A stretch of 64,000 bases of DNA, from assembly GCF_000497125.1 (NCBI RefSeq), contig NC_090601.1:992001-1056000 (forward strand). Direction: 5' to 3'. Positions 1 through 13,820 of this stretch are shown here, piece by piece; the first letter of the stretch is position 1, and each line of letters starts with the position of its first letter. The notes beneath the pieces are model-generated. The model had not been told where the DNA came from. It worked only from the letters and a program-made list of their open reading frames with translations, and made no database searches. The stretch comes from Spironucleus salmonicida (Eukaryota). Position numbers and translations under genes: made by a program.

Positions 1-3000
1 CTGGTACCACCGTCCTGGCCTCCCTGGGCTGGTACCTGTCGGCTGGTTCCTGGGCTCCTGGTGGTAACCTCGCGGTTCCTGGGCTGGTACCTCGCTGCTC
101 CTGGGCTGGTACCTCGCTGCTCCTGGCTGGTACCTCGCGGCCTGGCTGGTACCTCGCTGCCTCCTGGGTGGTACCCTCGCTGCTCCTGGGCTGGTACCTC
201 GCGGTTGCGAGCTGCTCCTGGGCTGGTACCCGCTGCTCCTGGGCTGGTACCTCGCTGCTCCCTCGCTGCTCCTGGGCTGGTACCTCGCTGCTCCTGGGCT
301 GGTACCTCGCTGCTCCTGGGCTGGTACCCGCGTCTGGCTGGTACCGCTGCTCCTGGGCTGGTACCGCGGTTCCTGGGCTGGTACCACGCGTCCTGGTGTT
401 CGCTGCTCCTGGGCTGGTGCTGCCTGGCTGGTACCTCGCTGCTCCTGGGCTGGTACCTCGCGGTTCCTGGCTGGTACCTCGCGGTTCCTGAGTTGGTACC
501 TCGCTGCTCCTGGGCTGGTACCTCGCTGCTCCTGGGCTGGTACCTCGCTGCTCCTGGGCTTGGGTACCACGCGGTTCCTGAGTTGGTACCTCGCTGCTCC
601 TGGGCTGGTACCTCGCGGTTCCTGACTTGGTACCTCGCTGCTCCTGGGCTGGTACCACGCGGTTCCTGAGTTGGTACCTCGCTGCTCCTGGGCTGGTACC
701 TCGCGGTTCCTGACTGGTACCTCGCTGCTCCTGAGTTGGTACCACGCGGTTCCTGAGTTGGTACCTCGCTGCTCCTGGGCTGGTACCTCGCGGTTCCTGA
801 CTTGGTACCTCGCTGCTCCTGGGCTGGTACCACGCGGTTCCTGAGTTGGTACCTCGCTGCTCCTGGGCTGTACCTCGCGGTTCCTGACTTGGTACTCGCT
901 GCTCCTGGGCTGGTACTCGCTGCTCCTGGCTGGTACCACGCGGTTCCTGAGTTGGTACCTCGCTGCTCCTGGGCTGGTACCACGCTGCTCCTGGGCTGGT
1001 ACCACGCTGCTCCTGGGCTGGTACCTCGCTGCTCCTGGGCTGGTACCTCGCGGTTCCTGGCTGGTACCACGCTGCTCCTGGCTGGTACCTCGCTGCTCCT
1101 GGGCTGGTACCTCGCGGTTCCTGGGCTGGTACCACGCTGCTCCTGGGCTGGTACCTCGCTGCTCCTGGGCTGGTATCCACGCTCGTCCTGGGCTGGTACC
1201 TCGCTGCTCCTGGGCTGTACCCGCGGTTCCTGACTTGGTACCTCGCTGCTCCTGGGCTGGTACCACGCTGCTCCTGGGCTGGTACCACGCTGCTCCTGGG
1301 CTGGTACCTCGCGGTTCCTGGGCTGGTACCTTGCACCACGCTGCTCCTGGGCTGGTACCGCTGCTCCTGGCTGACCACGCGTCCTGGGCTACCTGCTTCC
1401 TGGGCTGGTACCTCGCCCTGCTTCCTGGGCTGGTACCACGCTGCTCCTGGCGCTGCTCCTACCTCGCTGCCCTGCTGGTACCTCGCGCCTGGGTACCTCG
1501 CTGCTCCTGGGCTGGCTGCTCCTGGCTGGTACCACGCTGCTCCTGCCTCGCTGCTCCTGGGCTGGTACCACGCTGCTCCTGGGCTGGTAACCTTCGCGGT
1601 TCCTGGGCTTGGTACCCGCTGCTCCTGGGCTGGTACCACGCTGCTCCTGGCTGGTACCGGTTCCTGGGTACCTCGCTGCTCCTGGCTACGCTGCTCCTGG
1701 GCTGGTACCTCGCGGTTCCTGACTTGGTACTCGCTGCTCCTGGCTGGTACCTCGCTGCTCTGGGCTGGTACCACGCGGTTCCTGAGTTGGTACTGCCCTG
1801 GGCTGGTACCGCTGCTCCTGGGCTGTACCACGACCTCCTGCTGGCTGCTCCTGGGTACTTCCTGAGTTGGTACCTCGCTGGGCTCCTGGCACCTCGCGGT
1901 TCCTGGTACCTCGCTGCTCCTGCTGGTACCACGCTGCTCCTGGGGTACCTCCTGCTCTGGGCTACCTCGCGGTTCCTGAGTTGGTACCTCGCTGCTCCTG
2001 GGCTGGTACCGCTGCCCTGGGCTGGTACCTCGCTGCTCCTGGGCTGGTACCTCGCGGTACCACGCTGCTCCTGGGCTGGTACCTCGCTGCTCCTGGGCTG
2101 GTACCTCGCTGCTCCTGGCTGGTACCACGCTGGGGCTGGTACCTCGGTTCCTGCTGGTACCACCTCGCTGCTCCTGGGCTGGTACCGCTGCTCTGGGCTG
2201 GTACTCGCTGCTCCTGGGCTGTACCTCGCTGCTCCTGGGCTGGTACTCGCGGTTCCTGGGCTGGTACCACCGCTGCCTGGGCTGGTACCTCGCGGTTCCT
2301 GATTGGTACCTCGCCTGCTCCTGGGCTGGTACTCGCTGCTTCCTGGGCTGGTACCTCGCGGTTCTGGGCTGGTACCCACGCTGCTCCTGGGCTGAGTACC
2401 TCGCTGCTCCTGGGCTGGTACCTTACGCGGTTCCTGACTTGGTACACGCGTTCCTGAGTTGGTACCTCGTGCTCCTGGGCTGGTACCTCGCGGTTCCTTG
2501 CTTGGTACCTCGCTGCTCCTGGGCTGGTACCACGCGGTTCCTGAGTTGGTACCTCGCTGCTCCTGGGCTGGTACCTCGCGGTTCTGACTTGGTACCTCGC
2601 TGCTCCAGTGGTACCACGCGGTTCCTGAGTTGGTACCTCGCTGCTCCTGGGCTCTGGTACCTCGCGGTTCCTGACTTGGTACCCGTGCTCCTGGGCTGGT
2701 ACCACGCGGTTCTGGTTGGTACCTGCTGCCCTGGGCTGGTACCTCGCGGTTCCTGACTTGGTACCTGCTGCTCCTGGGTGACCTCGCTGCTCCTGGGCTG
2801 GTACCACGCGGTTCCTGAGTTGGTACCTCCGCTGCTCCTGGGCTGGTACCATCGCTGGTCTCCTGGCTTGGTACCACGCTGCTCCTGGGCTGGTACCTCG
2901 CTGCTCCTGGGCTGGTACCTCGCGGTTCCTGACTTGGTACCTCGCTGCTCCCTGGGCTGGTACCATCGCTGCTCCTGGGCTGGTACCTCGCTGCTCCTGG

Positions 3001-6000
3001 GCTGGTACCTCGCTGCTCCTGGGCTGGTACCCGCTGCTCCTGGGCTGGTACCACGCTGCTCCTGGGCTGGTACCTCGCTGTCCTGGGGCTGGTACCTCGC
3101 TGCTCCTGGGCTGGTACCACGGTCCTGCTGGACCTCGCTGCCTGGGCTGGTACCACGCTGCTTCCTGGGCTGGTACCCGCTGCTCCTGGCTGGACCTCGC
3201 GGTTCCTGGCTGGTACCCCGCTCCTGGGCTGGTACCACGCTGCTCCTGGGCTGGTACCACGCTGCTCCTGGGCTGGTACCACGCTGCTCCTGGGCTGGTA
3301 CCTCGCTGCTCCTGGGCTGGTACCTCGCGGTTCCTGGCTGGACCAGCTTCCTGGCTGGTACCTCGCTGCTCCTGGGCTGGTACCACGCTGCTCCTGGGCT
3401 GGTACCCGCTGCTCCTGGGCTGGTACCTCGCTGTCCTGGGCTGGGTACCACCGCTGCTCCTGGGATGGTACCTCGCTGCTCCTGGGGCTGGTTACCACGC
3501 TGCTCCTGGGTGGTACCGCTGCTCCTGGTGGTACCACGCTGCTCCTGGGCTGGTACCTCGCGGTTCCTGGCTGGTACCTCGCTGCTCCTGGGCTGGTACC
3601 ACCGCTGCTCCTGGGCTGGTACCTCGCGGTTCCTGACTTGGTACCTCGCTGCTCCTGGGCTGGTACCACGCTGCTTCCTGGGCTGTACCTCGCGGTTCCT
3701 GACTTGGTACCTCGCGCTCCTGGGTGGTACCTCGCTGCTCTGGGCTGGTACCACGCGGTTCCTGAGTTGGTACCTCGCTGCTCCTGGGCTGGTACCACGC
3801 TGCTCCTGGGCTGGTACCTCGCTGCTCCTGGGCTGGTACCACGCGGTTCCTGGGCTGGTACCTCGCGGTTCCTGACTTGGTACCTCGCTGCTCCTGGGCT
3901 GGTACCACGCGGTTCCTGAGTTGGTACCTCGCTGCTCCTGGGCTGGTACCACGCTGCTCCTGGGCTGGTACCTCGCTGCTCCTGGGCTGGTACCTCGCGG
4001 TTCCTGGGCTGGTACCACGCTGCTCCTGGGGCTGGTACCTCGCTGCTCCTGGGCTGGTACCACGCTGCTCCTGGGCTGGTACCTCGCTGCTCCTGGGCTG
4101 GTACCTCGCGGTTCCTGAGTTGGTACCTCGCTGCTCCTGGGCTGGTACCACGCTGCTCCTGGGCTGGTACCTCGCTGCTCCTGGGCTGGTACCTCGCGGT
4201 TCCTGGGCTGGTACCACGCTGCTCCTGGGCTGGTACCTCGCTGCTCCTGGGCTGGTACCTCGCTGCTCCTGGGCTGGTACCACGCTGCTCCTGGGCTGGT
4301 ACCTCGCGGTTCCTGACTTGGTACCTCGCTGCTCCTGGGCTGGTACCTCGCTGCTCCTGGGCTGGTACCTCGCTGCTCCTGGGCTGGTACCTCGCTGCTC
4401 CTGGGCTGGTACCTCGCTGCTCCTGGGCTGGTACCTCGCGGTTCCTGGGCTGGTACCACGCTGCTCCTGGGCTGGTACCTCGCGGTTCCTGACTTGGTAC
4501 CACGCTGCTCCTGGGCTGGTACCTCGCTGCTCCTGGGCTGGTACCTCGCGGTTCCTGGGCTGGTACCACGCTGCTCCTGGGCTGGTACCTCGCTGCTCCT
4601 GGGCTGGTACCTCGCTGCTCCTGGGCTGGTACCACGCTGCTCCTGGGCTGGTACCTCGCTGCTCCTGGGCTGGTACCTCGCGGTTCCTGACTTGGTACCT
4701 CGCTGCTCCTGGGCTGGTACCACGCGGTTCCTGAGTTGGTACCTCGCTGCTCCTGGGCTGGTACCACGCTGCTCCTGGGCTGGTACCTCGCTGCTCCTGG
4801 GCTGGTACCTCGCGGTTCCTGACTTGGTACCTCGCTGCTCCTGGGCTGGTACCACGCGGTTCCTGAGTTGGTACCTCGCTGCTCCTGGGCTGGTACCTCG
4901 CGGTTCCTGGGCTGGTACCACGCTGCTCCTGGGCTGGTACCTCGCTGCTCCTGGGCTGGTACCTCGCTGCTCCTGGGCTGGTACCACGCGGTTCCTGGGC
5001 TGGTACCACGCTGCTCCTGGGCTGGTACCTCGCGGTTCCTGACTTGGTACCACGCTGCTCCTGGGCTGGTACCTCGCTGCTCCTGGGCTGGTACCTCGCG
5101 GTTCCTGGGCTGGTACCACGCTGCTCCTGGGCTGGTACCTCGCTGCTCCTGGGCTGGTACCTCGCTGCTCCTGGGCTGGTACCACGCGGTTCCTGGGCTG
5201 GTACCACGCTGCTCCTGGGCTGGTACCACGCGGTTCCTGGGCTGGTACCTCGCGGTTCCTGAGTTGGTACCTCGCTGCTCCTGGGCTGGTACCTCGCTGC
5301 TCCTGGGCTGGTACCTCGCTGCTCCTGGGCTGGTACCTCGCGGTTCCTGACTTGGTACCACGCGGTTCCTGAGTTGGTACCTCGCTGCTCCTGGGCTGGT
5401 ACCTCGCGGTTCCTGACTTGGTACCTCGCTGCTCCTGGGCTGGTACCACGCGGTTCCTGAGTTGGTACCTCGCTGCTCCTGGGCTGGTACCTCGCGGTTC
5501 CTGACTTGGTACCTCGCTGCTCCTGAGTTGGTACCACGCGGTTCCTGAGTTGGTACCTCGCTGCTCCTGGGCTGGTACCTCGCGGTTCCTGACTTGGTAC
5601 CTCGCTGCTCCTGGGCTGGTACCACGCGGTTCCTGAGTTGGTACCTCGCTGCTCCTGGGCTGGTACCTCGCGGTTCCTGACTTGGTACCTCGCTGCTCCT
5701 GGGCTGGTACCTCGCTGCTCCTGGGCTGGTACCACGCGGTTCCTGAGTTGGTACCTCGCTGCTCCTGGGCTGGTACCACGCTGCTCCTGGGCTGGTACCA
5801 CGCTGCTCCTGGGCTGGTACCTCGCTGCTCCTGGGCTGGTACCTCGCGGTTCCTGACTTGGTACCTCGCTGCTCCTGGGCTGGTACCACGCTGCTCCTGG
5901 GCTGGTACCACGCGGTTCCTGGGCTGGTACCACGCGGTTCCTGAGTTGGTACCTCGCTGCTCCTGGGCTGGTACCACGCGGTTCCTGAGTTGGTACCTCG

Positions 6001-9000
6001 CTGCTCCTGGGCTGGTACCACGCGGTTCCTGAGTTGGTACCACGCGGTTCCTGAGTTGGTACCTCGCTGCTCCTGGGCTGGTACCACGCGGTTCCTGACT
6101 TGGTACCTCGCTGCTCCTGAGTTGGTACCACGCGGTTCCTGAGTTGGTACCTCGCTGCTCCTGGGCTGGTACCACGCGGTTCCTGAGTTGGTACCTCGCT
6201 GCTCCTGGGCTGGTACCTCGCGGTTCCTGACTTGGTACCTCGCTGCTCCTGAGTTGGTACCACGCGGTTCCTGAGTTGGTACCTCGCTGCTCCTGGGCTG
6301 GTACCTCGCGGTTCCTGACTTGGTACCTCGCTGCTCCTGGGCTGGTACCTCGCTGCTCCTGGGCTGGTACCACGCGGTTCCTGAGTTGGTACCTCGCTGC
6401 TCCTGGGCTGGTACCACGCTGCTCCTGGGCTGGTACCTCGCGGTTCCTGGGCTGGTACCACGCTGCTCCTGGGCTGGTACCTCGCTGCTCCTGGGCTGGT
6501 ACCTCGCGGTTCCTGACTTGGTACCACGCTGCTCCTGGGCTGGTACCTCGCTGCTCCTGGGCTGGTACCTCGCGGTTCCTGGGCTGGTACCACGCTGCTC
6601 CTGGGCTGGTACCTCGCTGCTCCTGGGCTGGTACCTCGCGGTTCCTGACTTGGTACCTCGCTGCTCCTGGGCTGGTACCTCGCTGCTCCTGGGCTGGTAC
6701 CACGCGGTTCCTGACTTGGTACCTCGCTGCTCCTGGGCTGGTACCACGCTGCTCCTGGGCTGGTACCACGCTGCTCCTGGGCTGGTACCTCGCGGTTCCT
6801 GGGCTGGTACCACGCTGCTCCTGGGCTGGTACCACGCTGCTCCTGGGCTGGTACCACGCTGCTCCTGGGCTGGTACCACGCTGCTCCTGGGCTGGTACCT
6901 CGCGGTTCCTGGGCTGGTACCACGCTGCTCCTGGGCTGGTACCTCGCTGCTCCTGGGCTGGTACCACGCTGCTCCTGGGCTGGTACCTCGCTGCTCCTGG
7001 GCTGGTACCTCGCGGTTCCTGACTTGGTACCTCGCTGCTCCTGGGCTGGTACCACGCTGCTCCTGGGCTGGTACCACGCTGCTCCTGGGATGGTACCTCG
7101 CTGCTCCTGGGCTGGTACCACGCTGCTCCTGGGCTGGTACCTCGCGGTTCCTGGGCTGGTACCACGCTGCTCCTGGGCTGGTACCACGCTGCTCCTGGGC
7201 TGGTACCTCGCGGTTCCTGACTTGGTACCTCGCTGCTCCTGGGCTGGTACCTCGCTGCTCCTGGGCTGGTACCACGCGGTTCCTGAGTTGGTACCTCGCT
7301 GCTCCTGGGCTGGTACCACGCTGCTCCTGGGCTGGTACCTCGCTGCTCCTGGGCTGGTACCACGCGGTTCCTGGGCTGGTACCTCGCGGTTCCTGACTTG
7401 GTACCTCGCTGCTCCTGGGCTGGTACCTCGCTGCTCCTGGGCTGGTACCACGCGGTTCCTGACTTGGTACCTCGCGGTTCCTGGGCTGGTACCTCGCTGC
7501 TCCTGGGCTGGTACCACGCGGTTCCTGACTTGGTACCTCGCTGCTCCTGGGCTGGTACCTCGCTGCTCCTGGGCTGGTACCACGCTGCTCCTGGGCTGGT
7601 ACCTCGCTGCTCCTGGGCTGGTACCTCGCGGTTCCTGGGCTGGTACCACGCTGCTCCTGGGCTGGTACCTCGCTGCTCCTGGGCTGGTACCTCGCGGTTC
7701 CTGACTTGGTACCTCGCTGCTCCTGGGCTGGTACCTCGCTGCTCCTGGGCTGGTACCTCGCGGTTCCTGGGCTGGTACCACGCTGCTCCTGGGCTGGTAC
7801 CTCGCTGCTCCTGGGCTGGTACCTCGCGGTTCCTGACTTGGTACCTCGCTGCTCCTGGGCTGGTACCTCGCTGCTCCTGGGCTGGTACCACGCGGTTCCT
7901 GACTTGGTACCTCGCTGCTCCTGGGCTGGTACCTCGCGGTTCCTGACTTGGTACCTCGCTGCTCCTGGGCTGGTACCTCGCTGCTCCTGGGCTGGTACCT
8001 CGCTGCTCCTGGGCTGGTACCACGCTGCTCCTGGGCTGGTACCTCGCGGTTCCTGACTTGGTACCTCGCTGCTCCTGGGCTGGTACCTCGCTGCTCCTGG
8101 GCTGGTACCACGCTGCTCCTGGGCTGGTACCACGCGGTTCCTGGGCTGGTACCTCGCGGTTCCTGACTTGGTACCTCGCTGCTCCTGGGCTGGTACCTCG
8201 CTGCTCCTGGGCTGGTACCACGCTGCTCCTGGGCTGGTACCTCGCTGCTCCTGGGCTGGTACCTCGCTGCTCCTGGGCTGGTACCTCGCTGCTCCTGGGC
8301 TGGTACCACGCTGCTCCTGGGCTGGTACCTCGCGGTTCCTGACTTGGTACCTCGCTGCTCCTGGGCTGGTACCACGCTGCTCCTGGGCTGGTACCTCGCT
8401 GCTCCTGACTTGGTACCACGCTGCTCCTGGGCTGGTACCTCGCTGCTCCTGGGCTGGTACCACGCTGCTCCTGGGCTGGTACCTCGCTGCTCCTGGGCTG
8501 GTACCTCGCTGCTCCTGGGCTGGTACCTCGCTGCTCCTGGGCTGGTACCACGCTGCTCCTGGGCTGGTACCACGCTGCTCCTGGGCTGGTACCACGCTGC
8601 TCCTGGGCTGGTACCACGCTGCTCCTGGGCTGGTACCTCGCTGCTCCTGGGCTGGTACCACGCTGCTCCTGGGCTGGTACCTCGCTGCTCCTGGGCTGGT
8701 ACCACGCTGCTCCTGGGCTGGTACCACGCTGCTCCTGGGCTGGTACCACGCTGCTCCTGGGCTGGTACCTCGCTGCTCCTGGGCTGGTACCTCGCGGTTC
8801 CTGACTTGGTACCTCGCTGCTCCTGGGCTGGTACCACGCTGCTCCTGGGCTGGTACCTCGCTGCTCCTGGGCTGGTACCTCGCGGTTCCTGACTTGGTAC
8901 CTCGCTGCTCCTGGGCTGGTACCACGCGGTTCCTGGGCTGGTACCTCGCGGTTCCTGGGCTGGTACCACGCTGCTCCTGGGCTGGTACCACGCGGTTCCT

Positions 9001-10293
9001 GGGCTGGTACCTCGCGGTTCCTGACTTGGTACCTCGCTGCTCCTGGGCTGGTACCACGCGGTTCCTGGGCTGGTACCTCGCGGTTCCTGACTTGGTACCT
9101 CGCTGCTCCTGGGCTGGTACCTCGCGGTTCCTGACTTGGTACCTCGCTGCTCCTGGGCTGGTACCACGCTGCTCCTGGGCTGGTACCTCGCTGCTCCTGG
9201 GCTGGTACCTCGCGGTTCCTGACTTGGTACCTCGCTGCTCCTGGGCTGGTACCTCGCTGCTCCTGGGCTGGTACCACGCTGCTCCTGGGCTGGTACCTCG
9301 CTGCTCCTGGGCTGGTACCACGCTGCTCCTGGGCTGGTACCTCGCTGCTCCTGACTTGGTACCTCGCTGCTCCTGGGCTGGTACCTCGCTGCTCCTGGGC
9401 TGGTACCTCGCGGTTCCTGACTTGGTACCTCGCTGCTCCTGGGCTGGTACCTCGTGGTTCCTGACTTGGTACCACGCTGCTCCTGGGCTGGTACCTCGCT
9501 GCTCCTGGGCTGGTACCACGCTGCTCCTGGGCTGGTACCACGCTGCTCCTGGGCTGGTACCTCGCTGCTCCTGGGCTGGTACCTCGCTGCTCCTGGGCTG
9601 GTACCTCGCGGTTCCTGGGCTGGTACCACGCTGCTCCTGGGCTGGTACCTCGCTGCTCCTGGGCTGGTACCTCGCGGTTCCTGACTTGGTACCTCGCTGC
9701 TCCTGGGCTGGTACCACGCGGTTCCTGGGCTGGTACCTCGCGGTTCCTGACTTGGTACCTCGCTGCTCCTGGGCTGGTACCTCGCTGCTCCTGGGCTGGT
9801 ACCACGCTGCTCCTGGGCTGGTACCTCGCTGCTCCTGGGCTGGTACCACGCTGCTCCTGGGCTGGTACCTCGCGGTTCCTGGGCTGGTACCTCGCGGTTC
9901 CTGACTTGGTACCTCGCTGCTCCTGGGCTGGTACCACGCTGCTCCTGGGCTGGTACCTCGCGGTTCCTGGGCTGGTACCACGCTGCTCCTGGGCTGGTAC
10001 CACGCTGCTCCTGGGCTGGTACCACGCTGCTCCTGGGCTGGTACCTCGCGGTTCCTGACTTGGTACCTCGCTGCTCCTGGGCTGGTACCTCGCGGTTCCT
10101 GGGCTGGTACCACGCTGCTCCTGGGCTGGTACCACGCGGTTCCTGGGCTGGTACCACGCTGCTCCTGGGCTGGTACCTCGCGGTTCCTGGGCTGGTACCA
10201 CGCTGCTCCTGGGCTGGTACCTCGCGGTTCCTGGGCTGGTACCACGCGGTTCCTGGGCTGGTACCACGCGGTTCCTGAGTTGGTACCTCGCTG
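1..10293. repeat. 22-bp tandem satellite, consensus TGGTACC(T/A)CGC(TGC/GGT)TCCTG(GGC/ACT/AGT), roughly 460 units, running off the window start
   Basis: Period of 22 is directly visible, with a GGTACC in nearly every unit and three variable sub-sites. The first ~3.8 kb is indel-ridden, probably low-quality consensus. It ends abruptly at ...tggtacctcgctg|tttatt. Confidence 0.98.
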
Positions 10294-10833
10294 TTTATTA
10301 TAACTTACAATGATATTAAAGACCCTCAATTAGCAAATTTACTTCTTAGTTTAGTAATAAATCGTATAGTACGAGATAAACAAAATTTAGATCCATTTGA
10401 TGGTTTAAACAATTAACCTTATACTTAGTTTTAACTAATAGTTAATATAGTACATACATAAATATTATTGTATAGTAATTAAATACATTATATCCTTTAC
10501 AAGATTCAGAATGTGATAAATATAATATTAAGATTATTTGCTACAATCACTATATAGTTTATAATAATTTTATAAGCTTACATCGATGATAGTAATAGAT
10601 TATAATAATAATTGAATGTAAAACTAGTTGAAATAATTATACAATCTTGTTAAATAATTGATAAATAAATATTTGTAAACCCTTCTATTTTGATTCATTT
10701 CTCATAAGCTAAATCTCATTTATATAATACCGTTTATATATCAATTTAAAAAGATTAATCATAACAAAATAGAGGTAAATTTCAAATCCGTAGTCTGAAT
10801 TGGGTTATCAACAAATCTAATAATAGAAGTTGA
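10291..10833 (+). pseudogene. Headless coding remnant (~180 codons in code 6) directly abutting the satellite
   Basis: Frame LFIITYNDIKDPQLANLLLSLVINRIVRDKQNLDPFDG... is open to TGA 10831-10833. It has no ATG, and a satellite TGA lies in frame at 10276-10278. Confidence 0.4.
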
Positions 10834-11113
10834 TTGAGGAATTTAACTGAAGATCCTGTCAAGTCAGATTTCAATAATTTTTTCTGGTCCCAACTTAGAT
10901 TACTCCTCTCGAGTGCTCAGACCTCAGACCTTCCCCTGAACATAAAGCTCAGAATCCTCATCCGGATGAAATTAATTTAAGGAGTGAAAAAATAATCAAT
11001 TTTAATAATAGCAGTAACAATATATAATAATTGAAACTCCTTTATAAATCATATCTATCTATTAGTAATTTTCAATTATTGCTAATATAAATTTATATAT
11101 GAAAATATTAGTA

Positions 11114-11377
11114 TCATTCAAGCTTGATCAAACCAGCTTTTTAGGCAAGTAAATTGAAGGCAGCATCAGAGTTACCAGCTTTCCTGACTGGGCCAGAAAT
11201 TGCAAATGCTACAGTATTGCTCTTATATTTACAATCATCATTAAGTTGAGCGATGTTGATTTAAATAGAGTTATGATCCTTAGGCCCAATGATATTATTG
11301 GTAGCAGAACATTTTCTAGGGATAAAGTTATCAACCATCATACCTTCAGCGTTAGTCATACCAATTTCGGAGCTCAT
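11114..11377 (-). CDS. RPS21: 40S ribosomal protein S21 (eS21), 87 aa
   Basis: Code-6 translation [45 protein letters not shown]...[16 protein letters not shown] matches the eS21 signature PRKCSA.N.II..KDH.SIQ. The conserved Q is encoded by TAA. Confidence 0.95.
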
Positions 11378-11466
11378 TATTGGCGCAGGGAGTGGAAATT
11401 AAAATTAAAATGTAATTAAAATATATATATTATATTTATCTTAATAATTGTTCTTTCAAATCAATA

Positions 11467-12804
11467 ATGAAATCATTTAATGTTTAGTTACCGTAAATAT
11501 TAGTTTAATTATAAAAGCTTACACCACTCAAATAAACTTAGTAAGTAAATTTATTTTTATAATAAATAACTACACTGCTACTGTAAGAAAAGCAGCCCTA
11601 ATTAAATGAATTCTATATATAAATTCTTTCGTCAGTAAGACATACACAATCGCTTTAATCAGTCAATCATGAACTGTATAAATTTGTGTAGATAGCATTA
11701 TAAAACTCAAAGGAATTTAAAGCATGTTCGATTTAGATTGATGAGTTTTATGACTTTCTCCTATTTGAAGCTAAACAAGATATAATGCTTGCAGCTAGTA
11801 GTGCAAGAATTATATCAGAAAATTTATAAGAGATATCAGAGTATGCCAAGTTAAAATTATTGGAAATTGGAAATTTAGGCGGCAATTCAGCAATCCACTT
11901 ACTAATAAACATGAACACTGTTAGTACTTCAATTATATTTGATTATGTGAATACATAAATATAAAAGTTGACTAATTGTATTTCTGGGGAAGAATATCGT
12001 GAATTTTTAGATATTCTATATGATCTAAAAGAAATATATAAAGGTTAAGCTAAGGATATTATTGATGAACGGTTACTTGAAGGAATTATTTATCCGGATG
12101 TAATAGTAGTTTTGACAGATTATTAAGCAAAATAATATTAAAATGATATAGCAAATATAGTGATAAGTCCTATTATTTAGCGGTTTATCAATTCCACATT
12201 TATCTCACATTAGAATGAGGAAAAATTATAACATCGTCAATAATACTAATGCCCTTAACCTAAATTATATGATTTATTCTCTGAACCAGTAAAATAATTA
12301 AAGCATCGAAATACAAGCGTAGAAGAAGCATTATTTATTTTGTCTGAAGTTTCTATTATCCTAGACTTAAATATATTTTCACTTTTAGACTAAACTATAA
12401 GTAATTAGAATTTATATCAAGATAATATGATCCTTGGATAAGAGAATAAAATAAAAGATAGTTTTACAAATATTTATCAAAATACATTTAAAGCTTCTTC
12501 TTTAGTTTTGCATGATATTCTTTTGTATTATAAAAACTTATTAGTTCCACGTTACATCAATGCATATTGTAGAATCTACTAATCCTAACCAAAAATAATA
12601 TAATAATTTATTAAAATGGTCGGAATAACACCATTAGCAAGTGATGTTCAGAAAATAATAAAATAGGTGTCTAGTGAAGAAGAATGGTAAAACTAAATTA
12701 AAATAGTTTAATAGTTTAATTCATATCGTAGCTAATAGCCCAGTAATCTTGTTGACAGAGTTATAACGTATTTCCAAGATATTTTCGATGAGGTGTAAAT
12801 ATGA
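11467..12804 (+). CDS. Hypothetical protein, 445 aa
   Basis: ATG to TGA open for 446 codons in code 6; divergent from RPS21 across an 89-bp gap. Confidence 0.8.
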
Positions 12805-13395
12805 TAATCTTTGTATTTATTCTTAAAGGTTATATATAAATATAATATATATTTATTTATATAAAATTATAATATCAAAATAATATTTAACAATCACTTC
12901 ATATTTGGATTATTATCTATTATAGATAGATAAAATTTACTTAATTTTATAGTATTTATAAAATAATTAGAACTAACTAATATAAATATCAAATACGGAA
13001 CTTATTAAATATCAATATTATAGAATATTATACTATTAACTTTATGGTTTCACTATCTTGTATGAATATATGTCCAATATTAATCTTGTATAAATAATTT
13101 AAAGTTTAGTTAATAAAGCTTTTAATAGAAAATTAAAGATAAAAACAAGTATATGACTATGCAGTTTTAATATTCCCTCTCCCACGCTTCATGCGGCATA
13201 CATCCCGCAACCGATGGCAGGGCGCATTTCTGAAGAAGGGTGCACTTCTGCATGCTACTTTATGACAAAACTCTGGAATGCTGGATAATGCAATATATCG
13301 TAAGCGCCGGCTTGTGAATTCACACTCCTTCCCAAAATAACTCGCGCCATCCGCGCCCAACCTGACGCGTTTTTCCTGTCCCGCTCCCTCGACCA

Positions 13396-13689
13396 ATGGA
13401 AGACGTGACCTTCGCCAACGCCCAGGTGGTGGTAGTCGCCACCATCGCCTCCCTCGAGCCCGGCATGATGACCATGTCGCTCCCCCCTCAGTGCCACTAC
13501 ACCGTTGCGCTCGCGGGCGCCGAGGTGCTCAGGGGCGCCCTCCCCGCGGGCCCCTTGAAGCTCATCGTGGTTGGCGATGACAAGCCCGCGACCGGCAAAC
13601 CCGTCGCCCTCTGCGGGAACTACATCGAGGAGTTCTTCGCGTTCACCTGCCTCAGCGAGAATGTGGAGCAGGCCAAGGCTTCGATGTGA
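13396..13689 (+). CDS. Hypothetical 97-aa protein (GC-rich), left-arm copy
   Basis: ATG...TGA with strong GC3 bias. Confidence 0.7.
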   Translation: MEDVTFANAQVVVVATIASLEPGMMTMSLPPQCHYTVALAGAEVLRGALPAGPLKLIVVGDDKPATGKPVALCGNYIEEFFAFTCLSENVEQAKASM

Positions 13690-13820
13690 CAGATTGTCCT
13701 TAGTTTCATATTCCCTGCGCGCCCATTCCGGCATCGCGCTTTGCTATTAATTATATAATATTCTCACTGCATTAATTATGCCTCGCCCTGGCCCACGCGA
13801 TGTCGGCCCGCCTGCTGAGT

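Noticed and set aside
1-10293. CRISPR array
   Set aside because: Units are directly adjacent with no unique spacers, there are no cas genes, and the context is eukaryotic.
1459-10329. Giant 2221-2956-aa minus-strand ORFs and many plus-strand ORFs in the satellite
   Set aside because: They are a by-product of a stop-free 22-bp unit. All three frames give the same 22-aa repeat, the unit is not a multiple of 3, and indels are tolerated. A code-6 ATG at 10698 could lead into the array, but that leader is exact antisense to the more protein-like plus frame.
10905-10970. C/D-box snoRNA on the minus strand (ATGAGGA...CTGA)
   Set aside because: Box C is imperfect and I could identify no terminal stem or rRNA guide; it may simply be part of the decayed coding remnant.
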